From positions 1-56,687 of the forward strand of contig SHWA01000004.1 in assembly GCA_009693995.1 (NCBI GenBank): DNA of 56,687 nt. Reading direction: 5' to 3'. The position numbers and the translations under genes are program-made. This stretch comes from Alphaproteobacteria bacterium. Its GTDB lineage: Bacteria > Pseudomonadota > Alphaproteobacteria > SHWA01. How positions within the stretch are numbered: position 1 is the stretch's first letter; each line of letters begins with the position of its first letter. The notes under the pieces are model-generated. The model was not told where the DNA came from. It searched no databases and saw only the letters and a program-made list of their open reading frames with translations. Positions 10,547 to 21,782 of the stretch are shown here, in pieces.

Positions 10547-13363
10547 ATGTCGGCTGCACGCGCTGGATGTCTGGGATGGCTGCTGCTCGCGCTGCTCCTT
10601 GCGCCTGCCGCCGCGGCCGACACCCGGACCGCCGGCACCCCGACCGGCCACTACGACGAGGCCCTGACGTTCTACGAGAAGGGCGACACCCGGGCGGCGA
10701 TCGTCGCGCTCAAGGCGGCGCTGGTGGCGGAGCCCCGGCACCTGCCGGCGCGCGTGCTCCTGGGCCAGGCCTACCTGCGCAATGGCGACATCGTCGCGGC
10801 GGAGTTCGAACTGCTGCGCGCCCGCGAAATGGGGGCGGATGAGAACTCGATCATCGTGCCGCTGGCCCAGGCCTATCTGCTGCAAGGCAAGGCCCGCGAG
10901 GTGCTGGGTGAGTTCCGCACGCGCGGCCGTCCGCGGGACGTGGAAACCGAGCCGCTGCTGCTCCACGGCGCCGCCCATCTCAAGCGCCTGCACGTGATCG
11001 AGGCGGAGCAGTCGTTCCGCGAGGCGGCGCAGCTCCGGCCCGACTACGCCGCGCCCGAGCTCGGGCTCGCCCAGGCGCTGGTGTTCAGGGGTGACGTCGC
11101 TGGCGCGGCGGAGCGGGTCCAGGCGGCACGGCAGCGTGATCCCGAACACGCCGACGTCTGGGCCCTGACCGGCGATGTGCGCCGCCTGCAGGGCGACAAC
11201 CGGGGCGCGATCGAAGCGTACGGTATGGCGATCGCCCGCAATCCGTCGCATATCAGCGCCCGTCTGGGGCGGGCCGGCGCGCTGATCCACACCAACCAGA
11301 ACGACGCGGCCTTCGCCGACGTGAACGCGATCCTGGACATGCTGCCGAACGAGCCGCAGGCCGCCTATCTCCTGGCGGTGCTGCTGGCGCGCCAACAGCG
11401 CACCCAGAACGCCCTCACGGTGCTGCGCGAAGTGGCTGCCATCGTCGGCGGCTATGACATCGACCGGCTCGACTACTCGCCGGCGCTGCTGCTGATCGGT
11501 GGCGTCGCCCATTATCTGACCGACAACCTCGACCAGGCCTATACCCTGCTCAGCCGCTATCGTGACCTGGTCCGGCACAATGCGATCGCCAATCGGGTTC
11601 TCGCCTCGGTGCTGACCCGGCGCGGCGAGAGCCAGCGCGCCGTCGCGCTGCTCGAGGAATCGGTCGGAGTGACCGGGGGCGACGTTCAGCTTCTGGCGCA
11701 GCTCGCCGCGACGTACCTGAGCCAAGGCCAGTACGTGCGCGCGACCGAGACTTTCGAGCGCGCGGCCGCCGCCTATCCGAAGCAGGCGGCGATTCGCACC
11801 CAGCTCGGCCTGGCGCGGCTGTGGGGCGGCGACAGCCGGCAAGCGGCCGAAGACCTGCAACAGGCCCTCGCCCTGGATCCCACCTCGCAGCGCGCCGAGT
11901 ACCTGCTCGCCGTATCGCAACTGCATCATCACGACTATGCCGCCGCGCTGACGACGGCCGAGCGGCTGGCCAGCCGCGAACCGACCAACCCGCTCGCGGC
12001 CAACTTCCGCGGCGCCGCGCAGACGGGGCTCGGCGACGTGGCCGCCGCGCGGCTCAGCTTCGAGCAGGCAGTCACGCTCAGCCCGCGCTATCTGCCGGCG
12101 CAGCTGAACCTGGCACGACTGATGATCCGCACGGGACAGCCGGATGCGGCCCGCGAGCGCCTGGTGCAGGTGCTGGCTCAGAACACCGGCAGCGTGACGG
12201 CCATGCTCGAGTTGGCACGGATCGACCAACAGTTGGGCCGGTTGACCGACGCCGTCGTCTGGGCCGAGCGCGCCCGCGCCGCCGCCGGCAGCGACCGCGA
12301 GGCGACCGCGCTGCTGATGGATCTCTATGTTCGCGTCAGCCGCAGCGAGGACGCGCTGATGGTGGCGCGCGATCTGGAGTCGCTTGCGCCCGACGACGTC
12401 GATGTCGTGGAGGCGATCGGCAAGGTCGAGCTGGCGACCCTCCGGCACTTGCGCGCCTCCACCACGTTCCGCCGCGCCGGCGAGCTTCTCGCCGGCTCGC
12501 CCGAGGGACTGCACCGCGTTGCCAACTATCTGCTGCGCGCGCGCGACACGGAAGGGGCCCGCCAATTGCTGCGCCGCGCGCTCCTGGTCAATCAGAGCTA
12601 CCTGCCGGCATACGCCGCGCTGGTCGAGATCGAGCTCGGCAATGGCAACCTCGGCGAGGCGATGCGGATCGCGAATGAGGCGAATGGTGCCCAGCCGGCC
12701 GCCGCGCTGGGACAGATTCTGCGCGGGGACGTACTGGCGCGGCAGGGCCGGCTGGTGGAGGCCGAGGCCGCATATTCATCCGCGTTGGCGCGCGAGCCTT
12801 CGTCCAACATCGTCGTCCGCCTGTACCGGATCAAGCGCGACCGCAACCAGCACGCGGCCGGCGTGAAGCTGCTCGAGGACTGGCTGGCGGAGCGCCCCGA
12901 TGATCCGGTCGTACGGCTGGTGCTCGCCACCGCCCACATCCACGCCAAGCAGCCGGAGACCGCGATCGCGCTCCTCGAGCGCATGGTCGCAGACGGAGTG
13001 CAGAGCGCCGCGGTGCTCAACAACCTGGCGTGGCTCTATCACGAGAAGGGGGATTCCCGGGCGCTGGCAATGGCCGAGCGGGCCTACGCGCTGACACCGG
13101 ACGATGTCGCCACCATCGACACCCTGGGCTGGATCGCGACCCACCGCGGCGACACCATGCGCGGCCTCAATCTGTTGCGCGAGGCCCATGCGCGCGCCTC
13201 GACCGACCCGCGTGTCCGCTACCACCTGGCGGTCGCGCTGCGCCGCGCGGGGCGCACCCAGGAGGCGCGGCGCGAACTCGAGCAGGCGCTGGGCGCCGGT
13301 ATCCCCTTCGCCGACACCGCGGCGGCGCGGGCCCTGCTGCGGCAGCTCGGCAGCGGCGGCTGA
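10547..13363 (+). CDS. prsT: PEP-CTERM system TPR-repeat protein (PrsT-like)
   Basis: ~940 aa all-TPR; signal peptide; VLNNLAWLY...DTLGWI...VRYHLAVAL C-terminus; GGAGG RBS; convergent with a PEP-CTERM-like gene. Confidence 0.8.
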   Translation: MSAARAGCLGWLLLALLLAPAAAADTRTAGTPTGHYDEALTFYEKGDTRAAIVALKAALVAEPRHLPARVLLGQAYLRNGDIVAAEFELLRAREMGADENSIIVPLAQAYLLQGKAREVLGEFRTRGRPRDVETEPLLLHGAAHLKRLHVIEAEQSFREAAQLRPDYAAPELGLAQALVFRGDVAGAAERVQAARQRDPEHADVWALTGDVRRLQGDNRGAIEAYGMAIARNPSHISARLGRAGALIHTNQNDAAFADVNAILDMLPNEPQAAYLLAVLLARQQRTQNALTVLREVAAIVGGYDIDRLDYSPALLLIGGVAHYLTDNLDQAYTLLSRYRDLVRHNAIANRVLASVLTRRGESQRAVALLEESVGVTGGDVQLLAQLAATYLSQGQYVRATETFERAAAAYPKQAAIRTQLGLARLWGGDSRQAAEDLQQALALDPTSQRAEYLLAVSQLHHHDYAAALTTAERLASREPTNPLAANFRGAAQTGLGDVAAARLSFEQAVTLSPRYLPAQLNLARLMIRTGQPDAARERLVQVLAQNTGSVTAMLELARIDQQLGRLTDAVVWAERARAAAGSDREATALLMDLYVRVSRSEDALMVARDLESLAPDDVDVVEAIGKVELATLRHLRASTTFRRAGELLAGSPEGLHRVANYLLRARDTEGARQLLRRALLVNQSYLPAYAALVEIELGNGNLGEAMRIANEANGAQPAAALGQILRGDVLARQGRLVEAEAAYSSALAREPSSNIVVRLYRIKRDRNQHAAGVKLLEDWLAERPDDPVVRLVLATAHIHAKQPETAIALLERMVADGVQSAAVLNNLAWLYHEKGDSRALAMAERAYALTPDDVATIDTLGWIATHRGDTMRGLNLLREAHARASTDPRVRYHLAVALRRAGRTQEARRELEQALGAGIPFADTAAARALLRQLGSGG

Positions 13364-13379
13364 GGGTATTTCGGGGGGT

Positions 13380-13468
13380 ATTTCGGGGACACAATACTTA
13401 ATTCTGTTATTATTACCGAGGCACCTGATCTGATTCAGGCGTACAATTATGTATTGTGTCCCCGAAAT
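13380..13468. repeat. REPIN/MITE-like inverted repeat, family A copy 1
   Basis: ATTTCGGGGACACAATACTTAATT...AATTATGTATTGTGTCCCCGAAAT (24-bp arms, 1 mismatch, 41-nt spacer). Confidence 0.9.
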
Positions 13469-14262
13469 TTATGCTGGCGCCGACGGCGCGCGAACAGGGC
13501 GAGGCAGAAGGCGCCGATCGCCAGCAGCGCGAGCGGGGTCGGCTCGGAAATCTTGGCGGCGCGCCGGATCATGTCGATGGCGCCGGACGCCGCCAACGCG
13601 ACCAGGTCGGTGCGCTTGTCGCGCAGGTCGAAATTGACCTGACCGAGCTTCTCCGTCCCGCTGGCGCCGGCCGCCAGCTGCTGGCCGAACCCCTGGGGCA
13701 ATGGCACCGGCATGCGCGACCCATCCAGGAAGCCGATGGTCGCCTCGGCGCACGCGCGCTCGCTGCCTTCGGCGCAGGGCGCGGTGCGCGCGTCCAGCAT
13801 GTCGCCGCTGAGCAGGTCGCTCGGTTTATCGAACGTGAAGGAGAACGCGGCGGTCGCACCGGGGGCGACAATCGGCAGAGAACCGTGCCGCCGCCCGGGA
13901 CTCGCGGCGGCGAGGACCGCCCTGCGTGACGCCGCCGGGGATTCCGGTTTGGACGCCAGAGAGACGACCGCGGTGCGCGCGCCCGACCCCCGCGAGTCGG
14001 CAGTTGATCCCTGGGCGCCAGCGCCGGCACGACCACGGGGCTCGGCAGCCTGGAAATTGCCGAGGCTCGCGTCGATCGGCTGCCCCGCCCGGTACTGGCG
14101 CCCCGCCAAGTCGCCATAGCCGAGCGTGCCGACCCCGGCCTCGAACCCGAAGCGGTCGAATTCGACGATCCACGCGCGCGCCTCGGGCGCCGCCATCAGC
14201 AGGATGGCCATCCCGAGTCGCAGAGCGAAGCGCAAAGACCGTTTCACTACCACCATACTCAC
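13447..14262 (-). CDS. Secreted protein with PEP-CTERM-like sorting signal (SEP variant)
   Basis: N-terminal signal peptide; C-terminal ISEPTPLALLAIGAFCLALFARRRR. Confidence 0.7.
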   Translation of the reverse strand: MSMVVVKRSLRFALRLGMAILLMAAPEARAWIVEFDRFGFEAGVGTLGYGDLAGRQYRAGQPIDASLGNFQAAEPRGRAGAGAQGSTADSRGSGARTAVVSLASKPESPAASRRAVLAAASPGRRHGSLPIVAPGATAAFSFTFDKPSDLLSGDMLDARTAPCAEGSERACAEATIGFLDGSRMPVPLPQGFGQQLAAGASGTEKLGQVNFDLRDKRTDLVALAASGAIDMIRRAAKISEPTPLALLAIGAFCLALFARRRRQHKFRGHNT

Positions 14263-14521
14263 CGCGCCGCCACTTGGCGCCTCATGGTTTCACCATCCTG
14301 CCGCAGCCCGCCCAATGACTTAGGCGCACCATCACGGCGCCCGCGCGGGCCGTGACACCGGCCACCCTGCCCGAAACATCCTTAAGATCGGTTTGGGAGG
14401 CCGCGCGCCCGGCGTTCACCCCCTTTGGGCAGATAGGGTGGCCAACCGCCGCCGCCAAGCCATGCCCCAAATCCAGCCAAATCAAGATCGCACGCCGGGG
14501 GGCCGCAGCGTGTGATCCAGA

Positions 14522-15478
14522 TCACCTCCCGCCGGCGTAGCGCGGCAGCAGGCGCTCGCCGAAGAAGCGCATGCCGGGCACCGGCGGCATCGGCTGGATC
14601 ACCACATAGCCGACGCCCGCCGCCGCCCACGCCTCGATGCGCTCGGCGATTGCTCCCGCCTCACCCAACAGATTGGCGCCCAGCACGTCGTCCACGGTCG
14701 GCGGCACCGGGAACCGGTGCTGGCGCTCGGCCGCGTAGATCTCGGCCCACCGCCGCGTGTCGGTGGCGTCCTTGCCGGCGAGAAGCACCGCCGAAACCGC
14801 CACTTGCAGCGGGCGCGCGAGACTGGCGCGCATGGGGCCCACCAGGTCGGCGACTGAGGCCGGTGCCTTGCTGTACATGAACCAGCAGTCCGCGTGCCGC
14901 CGCACCAGGCCCTGGGTGCGCGTCGAATCGCCGGCGATCCAGATCGGCGGGTGGGGCTGCTGCACCGGCTTCGGGTTGCAATAGGCGTCGCGGAAGGTGA
15001 AATAGCGGCCCTGGTGGGTGGTGACCGGCTGGGTCCAGAGCGCGCGCATGACGGCGAGCGCCTCATCCAGGCGCGCCACCCGCCCCGCGGGGTCGTCCCA
15101 ATCGAAGCCGTATGACCGGGCCTCGGCCTCGAACCAGGCCGAGCCGGGGGCGACGATCACGCGGCCCTGAGTGATCTCGTCCAGGGTGGCCACCATCTTG
15201 GCGAACAGGCCCGGATGGCGGAACAGGTTGTTCAAGGAATGGCCGCCGAGGCGCAACCGCTTGGTCATCGCCCCGATCGCGGTCAGGGTGGTCCAGTGTT
15301 CGAGGATCGGCTTGGCGCGGTCGAGGTGCGCGTTCTCGACATGGTCGGGAATCCAGATCGAGTCGAAGCCGAGATCCTCGGCGATGCGCGCCATCTCGAG
15401 GGCGTAGGCAAAGCCGGCGGAGCCGGCTCCCATCTCGCCCTGGATGTTCAGGCGCACACCGAATTTGAGCTTGGGCAT
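14522..15478 (-). CDS. LLM class flavin-dependent oxidoreductase
   Basis: GFDSIWIPDH, RHPGLFAKMVATLD, PKPVQQPHPPIWIAG. Confidence 0.9.
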   Translation of the reverse strand: MPKLKFGVRLNIQGEMGAGSAGFAYALEMARIAEDLGFDSIWIPDHVENAHLDRAKPILEHWTTLTAIGAMTKRLRLGGHSLNNLFRHPGLFAKMVATLDEITQGRVIVAPGSAWFEAEARSYGFDWDDPAGRVARLDEALAVMRALWTQPVTTHQGRYFTFRDAYCNPKPVQQPHPPIWIAGDSTRTQGLVRRHADCWFMYSKAPASVADLVGPMRASLARPLQVAVSAVLLAGKDATDTRRWAEIYAAERQHRFPVPPTVDDVLGANLLGEAGAIAERIEAWAAAGVGYVVIQPMPPVPGMRFFGERLLPRYAGGR

Positions 15479-15522
15479 GGCGACCCTTTACAACCACCAC
15501 TTCAACCACCGCTTCAGCGAAT

Positions 15523-16464
15523 TCAACCGAGACGCGAGAGAAGCGTCATCAATTCGCGCCATTCGCGTTTGCCGAGGCCGCTGGTCTCGGGCACCACGGC
15601 CTCGCCGGCGAGCAGGCGGCGGACCACGGCCAGCGCCGAGGCGGACAGGTGAGCACCGTTCAGCCGTTGCTCCTCGAAAGCGGCGCACGTGAGCGGCGCC
15701 CAGCGCCGGACCGTCTCCAGCAGCGCCCGGGCGTAGACCCGAATCTCGTGCTGCGCGTGGGCATCCGCGCGTAGGCTGATGAAATGCAGCAGGTTGTGCA
15801 GGTCGATCTTCCAGTACCACTGGGTATAGAAGTTCAGGCTCAGATTCATGCGCGCCAGCTCGCGCGCGAGGCCCTGGCGGCCCGGGTCCCGCACCTCACC
15901 AGTGGCGTCCTGGTTCATCAGGTCGAGGTAGTCGTCGTAGGCCCGGGTCGCGTCCGCCCGCAGCAGGTCCAGCACCCGCGCCGCCTCGGCCCCGCCCAGC
16001 ACCGCGCCGCGGCCCTGGCGGTTGTCGGCCGCTTGCGCGGCCAGGTGTTGCGGCGCCGGCACATAGAATTCGTTATCCAGGATCGAATACCGTGCCGAGT
16101 ACTCGTTCACATTGGCGGTGCGGTGGCGGATCCATTGCCGCGCCACGAAGATCGGCAGTTTGCAGTGGTATTTGATCTCGCACATCTCGAAGGGCGTCGT
16201 ATGCCGGTGCCGGATCAGGTAGTTGATCAGCCCGGCGTCGTCGCGGGCATGGCGGGTGCCGCGGCCGTAGGAGACGCGGGCTGCCTGCACCACCGCCCCG
16301 TCGTCGCCCATGTAGTCGATGACGCGGATGAAGCCGTGGTCGAGGAGCGGGATCGCCTGGTAGAGGATTTCCTCCAATGCCGGCACGGTGGCGCGGCGGG
16401 TGGCGACGCTCTCGGCGCGAAGGGCATCGATCTCCCGCTCCTGCTCGGGCGTGAGGTGGGGCAT
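15523..16464 (-). CDS. thyX: FAD-dependent thymidylate synthase
   Basis: [19 protein letters not shown] signature. Confidence 0.97.
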   Translation of the reverse strand: MPHLTPEQEREIDALRAESVATRRATVPALEEILYQAIPLLDHGFIRVIDYMGDDGAVVQAARVSYGRGTRHARDDAGLINYLIRHRHTTPFEMCEIKYHCKLPIFVARQWIRHRTANVNEYSARYSILDNEFYVPAPQHLAAQAADNRQGRGAVLGGAEAARVLDLLRADATRAYDDYLDLMNQDATGEVRDPGRQGLARELARMNLSLNFYTQWYWKIDLHNLLHFISLRADAHAQHEIRVYARALLETVRRWAPLTCAAFEEQRLNGAHLSASALAVVRRLLAGEAVVPETSGLGKREWRELMTLLSRLG

Positions 16465-16559
16465 GGCTTCTCCCGGGCGACTGTGAGCGCGACTCTAACG
16501 CCAAGGCACGCGGGAAGGCAGCCCCTTCCACCCAGTCACCCGAGGCCCTATATTGCAAA

Positions 16560-16845
16560 GTGTCGGCGCGAGCCGACTATGGCGATAAATGCCGTGTGGA
16601 ATAAGCGGAGCGGACCCGGGGGCAGTACCCGGCGCCTCCACCAACCTCTTCCACCACGCGGGGTCCGCGTGGCCGACGGGGGCGAACCAGGATCGACGCA
16701 CGTAGTAAAGGCCCGGACTTTGCCCGGTATGATTCCGCCGTTAACGGGTCAAAATCACAACCGCCAACGACAACGAGTTGGCTCTCGCTGCCTAGCAGTA
16801 GGTAAGCGCGGTTCGGGGGGCACCGGGCAACAGAAGCCCCCCACT
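16560..16845 (+). ncRNA. ssrA: Permuted two-piece tmRNA
   Basis: Acceptor piece ends CGCCTCCACCA at 16643; intervening hairpin; coding piece starts GGGGGCGAA at 16678 (G3:U70 pair); tag ANDNELALAA* at 16763-16795. Outer ends approximate. Confidence 0.95.
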
Positions 16846-16880
16846 TACCTCTCGCTCTCCTCCCACCCGGCGCCCGCGAC

Positions 16881-17369
16881 GTGACCGAGCCAAACGCCAA
16901 GGACCTGCTGCGCTACGACCGCATCCTGGACCAGGCGCTGCGGTCGGTGCTGCGCACCGTACTGCTGCGGGTGGCGAAGGACGGCCTGCCCGGTGCGCAC
17001 CATCTGTTCATCTCCTTCACCACCACCCACCCGGGGGTCGAGATGGCCAACCACATGCGCCAACGCCACCCCGACACCATGACCATCGTACTGCAGCACC
17101 AATACTGGGGGCTTGAAGTCACGGAGGATGCCTTTGCCGTGACGCTCAGCTTCGCCAAGCTCAACGAGCGCCTGCGCGTGCCGTTCGCGGCGCTGGTTGC
17201 CTTCTCGGATCCGTCCGTCAAGTTCGGCCTGCAGTTCACCCAGCCGGATCAGCCGGCGCCGGAGCGCCCGCCCCCGCCGCCTTCTGGCGGCGGCGAACCA
17301 AAGCCGAAAGCCGGTGCCCCATCCGCCGGTGTCGTCGCCCTCGATACCTTCCGCAAGGGCAAGCGCTAG
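16881..17369 (+). CDS. sspB: ClpXP adaptor SspB (alphaproteobacterial type)
   Basis: [36 protein letters not shown]-terminal VVALDTFRK; adjacent to ssrA. Confidence 0.93.
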   Translation: MTEPNAKDLLRYDRILDQALRSVLRTVLLRVAKDGLPGAHHLFISFTTTHPGVEMANHMRQRHPDTMTIVLQHQYWGLEVTEDAFAVTLSFAKLNERLRVPFAALVAFSDPSVKFGLQFTQPDQPAPERPPPPPSGGGEPKPKAGAPSAGVVALDTFRKGKR

Positions 17370-17395
17370 CGCCGGCCCGAGCACAGAGGAACGCC

Positions 17396-19006
<1,611 letters not shown>

Positions 19007-19022
19007 GCATGCCGCACCCGCC

Positions 19023-19949
19023 TCAGGCCGCGCGCACGGTGTCGCGGAAACGCTCGATCACCTTCAGGTGGTCGGCGACAGACGTGCAGCCCGTGTCCAT
19101 GGTGTGGATGGCGAAATGGGTGCCACCGAGCTCGCGCAACAGCCGCGCGTGGCGCGCCCAGTCGTCGGGCGTGGTCTCGGCCGCGCGCATGAACTGTTGC
19201 AGGCCGATGGTCTTGGGGTCACGCCCGGCTAGCTGAGCGAACTCGTGCAGTTTCGCCACCATGTCGCGGGTGTCGTAGTGGCGGGGCTTCGCCGGGTCCC
19301 AGCCACCGAACAGCTTGGTGCGCGGCAGCCAGCCGTCGGCCAGCCTCACCACCCGCCGGATCACCGGCAGCGCCTCGCCGCCGAACCAGATCGGGATCGG
19401 GCGCTGCAGGGGGAGCGGGTTGATGCCGGCGTCCAGGATGCGGTGGTATTTGCCCGCGAACGTGACCAGCTCCTGGGTCCACAGCAGGCGGAGGACCGTG
19501 ACCTGCTCCTCCAGGCGCCGGCCGCGCTCGGCGAAGTCAACGCCCAGGCCGATGAACTCGACCTCGTTCCAGCCGACCCCGACGCCGAGGCGCAGGCGCC
19601 CGCCCGAGAGAATGTCCACTTCGGCCGCCTGCTTGGCCACCAGCACGGTCTGGCGCTGGGGCAGGATCAGGATCGAGGTGAAGAAGCCGAGGGTCCGGGT
19701 ATGGCCGGCGAGGAAGGCCATCAGGGTGAAGGGCTCGTGGAACGTCTCGGTGTGGTAGTAGGGGCCGTGCAGGCCGGGATGGGCGGCCTTGTTGGCGCCG
19801 AGCACATGGTCGAAGAACATCATGTGGTCGAACCCCAGCCCCTCGACCCCTTGCGCGAAGTCGCGGATGGCGCCGGGGTCGGTGCCGATCTCGAAGGTCG
19901 GGAACAATGCCCCGAGCTTCAGCCCTGCGCTGCCGGTCGCCATGCCCAT
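19023..19949 (-). CDS. LLM class oxidoreductase (F420-dependent-type subfamily)
   Basis: FDHVLG, HEPFTL, LILPQRQTVLVAKQAAEVD, GVGWNEVEF. Confidence 0.88.
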   Translation of the reverse strand: MGMATGSAGLKLGALFPTFEIGTDPGAIRDFAQGVEGLGFDHMMFFDHVLGANKAAHPGLHGPYYHTETFHEPFTLMAFLAGHTRTLGFFTSILILPQRQTVLVAKQAAEVDILSGGRLRLGVGVGWNEVEFIGLGVDFAERGRRLEEQVTVLRLLWTQELVTFAGKYHRILDAGINPLPLQRPIPIWFGGEALPVIRRVVRLADGWLPRTKLFGGWDPAKPRHYDTRDMVAKLHEFAQLAGRDPKTIGLQQFMRAAETTPDDWARHARLLRELGGTHFAIHTMDTGCTSVADHLKVIERFRDTVRAA

Positions 19950-20154
19950 CGCCCCCCCCCGTGCGTCGCCCCAGGCGGACGAGGATAGGGGAGGCCGCCG
20001 GCGGCGGCCACTATCGCCGCGCGCCCAGAACAGACTGAGCCGCTCGCGTTGCCGCTACTCCACCAGCCCCCTATGCCGACCCGCGCACGCCGAGCCGGCC
20101 GGCCGCGTGCGGTACCGACGATGCGCGGCAACGACCCTCCTGCGGGATCATCGC

Positions 20155-21393
20155 ATGCGCCGAAGCGACGAAAAGATCGTGGTGCAGCCGCCGCGCCAAC
20201 GTGAGGTCGGTGATCGGGTGCAACTGGTGTTTCCCGTCGCTGGGTTCGAGCAGCCCGAGTTGTGCTTCGAAGTCGATCGCGCCATTGCACATTTCCTGAG
20301 CGATCGTGGTGATGCGGCACTGGCGGCCTTGCTGATACCGGCGATGAAGTCAGGCCGTGATCTGGTGATTCGCGCCCCCCTCTCGGAGCGCCTCTATCGC
20401 AGCGCGCAGATCGACCTGCCCCATGTGCTCGGGCTCGTGGACCCGACCCTGCTGCCGATCCGGGTCGCGGCCGAGACCACCGGCCCCGCACCGCCGAACG
20501 GAGCGGCGGCGGTCCTCACGGGCCTGTCGTGCGGCGTCGATTCGTTCGCCACCTGCCAGGATTATCTGCTCGACCCCAAGGTGCCGCCGAGCTTGCGCAT
20601 CACCCATTTCCTGTTCAACGACGTCGGCTCCCACGGCCGCGAGGGGAGCAACCAGTCGCGCCGCCTGTTCAACGCACGTCTCGAACGCTCGCGTCCAGTC
20701 GCGGCCTTGCTGCACCGGCCGCTCATTCGGGTCGCGTCCAACATGGGGGCCTTCTATACCGGCTCTTTCCAAAGCACCCATACGCTCCGCAACAGCGCGG
20801 TGGTCTTGGCGCTACAAGGCGGCGCGCGCTACTATCTGTACTCAGCGAGTTTCGAATGGAGCGCCCTCCAGGCGAAGGCGAGCTACGACATCGCCTTCAC
20901 CGACCCCGCAATTTTGCCGCTGCTGTCGACCGAGACCCTGGAATGCCTGTCGGCCGGCGCCGACCTGTCGCGCCGCGACAAGATCGAGCGGATCGCCGAC
21001 CTGTCCCTGGCGCAGGAATGGCTGGATGTCTGCACCCGCAGCCTGCCGAATTGCTCGGTCTGCTGGAAATGCGCGCGGGTGCTGCTGACACTCGAGCTGC
21101 TGGGCAAGGCGGAGGCGTTCACGCGCGTATTCGATCTCGCCAAATATCGCGCCGCGCGCGCCGGAATCCTCGCCTATGTCGTCGCCACGCGGAACCAGAA
21201 TCCGAACAACGCCGACATCCTGGATCTGATGCGCAGCGCCGGATACCGATGGACGCTGGCGGAACGGCTGCGCGCGGGAGCCGCGGTGCTGGCCTTCGCG
21301 GCGAACCGGCGGCTTCCCTCGGGGGCGATGCAGCGGCTGTACCACAGGGCGACCGCCTACTGTTCCGCTCCCGCTACCCAGCGCCCAGTGTAA
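20155..21393 (+). CDS. Uncharacterised PP-loop (adenine nucleotide alpha hydrolase, QueC-like) protein with a C-terminal Cys cluster
   Basis: GLSCGVDS PP-loop; C-x6-C-x2-C-x2-C (CTRSLPNCSVCWKC). Confidence 0.7.
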   Translation: MRRSDEKIVVQPPRQREVGDRVQLVFPVAGFEQPELCFEVDRAIAHFLSDRGDAALAALLIPAMKSGRDLVIRAPLSERLYRSAQIDLPHVLGLVDPTLLPIRVAAETTGPAPPNGAAAVLTGLSCGVDSFATCQDYLLDPKVPPSLRITHFLFNDVGSHGREGSNQSRRLFNARLERSRPVAALLHRPLIRVASNMGAFYTGSFQSTHTLRNSAVVLALQGGARYYLYSASFEWSALQAKASYDIAFTDPAILPLLSTETLECLSAGADLSRRDKIERIADLSLAQEWLDVCTRSLPNCSVCWKCARVLLTLELLGKAEAFTRVFDLAKYRAARAGILAYVVATRNQNPNNADILDLMRSAGYRWTLAERLRAGAAVLAFAANRRLPSGAMQRLYHRATAYCSAPATQRPV

Positions 21394-21497
21394 CCCGGCG
21401 GGCAGACTGCGCGATTTGCTAGCCAGACCTGGGCTATGATTTGGGGGGGAGCGGCGTACCACAACGAGCCGCCGCCCCTCACGAAACCGAGAAAAAT

Positions 21498-21605
21498 CGT
21501 CGGAAAGTTTTACAGTTTGCGGTCAGCGGCTCCCCTTCGAAAACCGACAATTTTTCTCAACTAATTAAAATATATAGGAGACGTTGGTTTTGGCATCTCT
21601 CTTGC
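21498..21605 (+). promoter_or_regulatory. Sigma54 promoter with IHF-like site and upstream enhancer-like elements (PrsR-type)
   Basis: TGGCAT-CTCTC-TTGC at 21591-21605; CTCAActaaTTA near 21556-21567; GTCGG...TTTACA and CCGACA upstream; AT-rich patch. Confidence 0.8.
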
Positions 21606-21782
21606 CGGAGACTTGGGTAACAAGATGATCCGACTGACTGCCATGACTGGCATCCGGGACGAGATCATAGGCAAGGACCTCTCTGGCAGACGGGAAGATT
21701 CGGCATACGGCCGGGCCTTCCGGAGGGCGGATCGGCGGCAGCATGGAGCTGTCGCTGGAACCGGCGATTGGAGTCTGTCGAG

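Noticed and set aside
10487-12565. Long antisense or alternate-frame ORFs (also 29626-31554, 32783-34819, 51160-53154 and many others)
   Set aside because: Shadow frames of real genes, expected at this GC content; no motifs or RBS.
13380-13468. CRISPR repeat interpretation of the palindromes
   Set aside because: The arms are inverted pairs rather than direct repeats with spacers, and there are no cas genes.
14263-14520. Sigma54 promoter for the SEP-type PEP-CTERM gene
   Set aside because: Only a weak GG-N10-GC match without the TGGCAC/TTGC context.
15491-15530. Short tandem CAACCACC(A/G)CTT after the thyX stop
   Set aside because: Only two imperfect units; probably a local duplication with no evident function.
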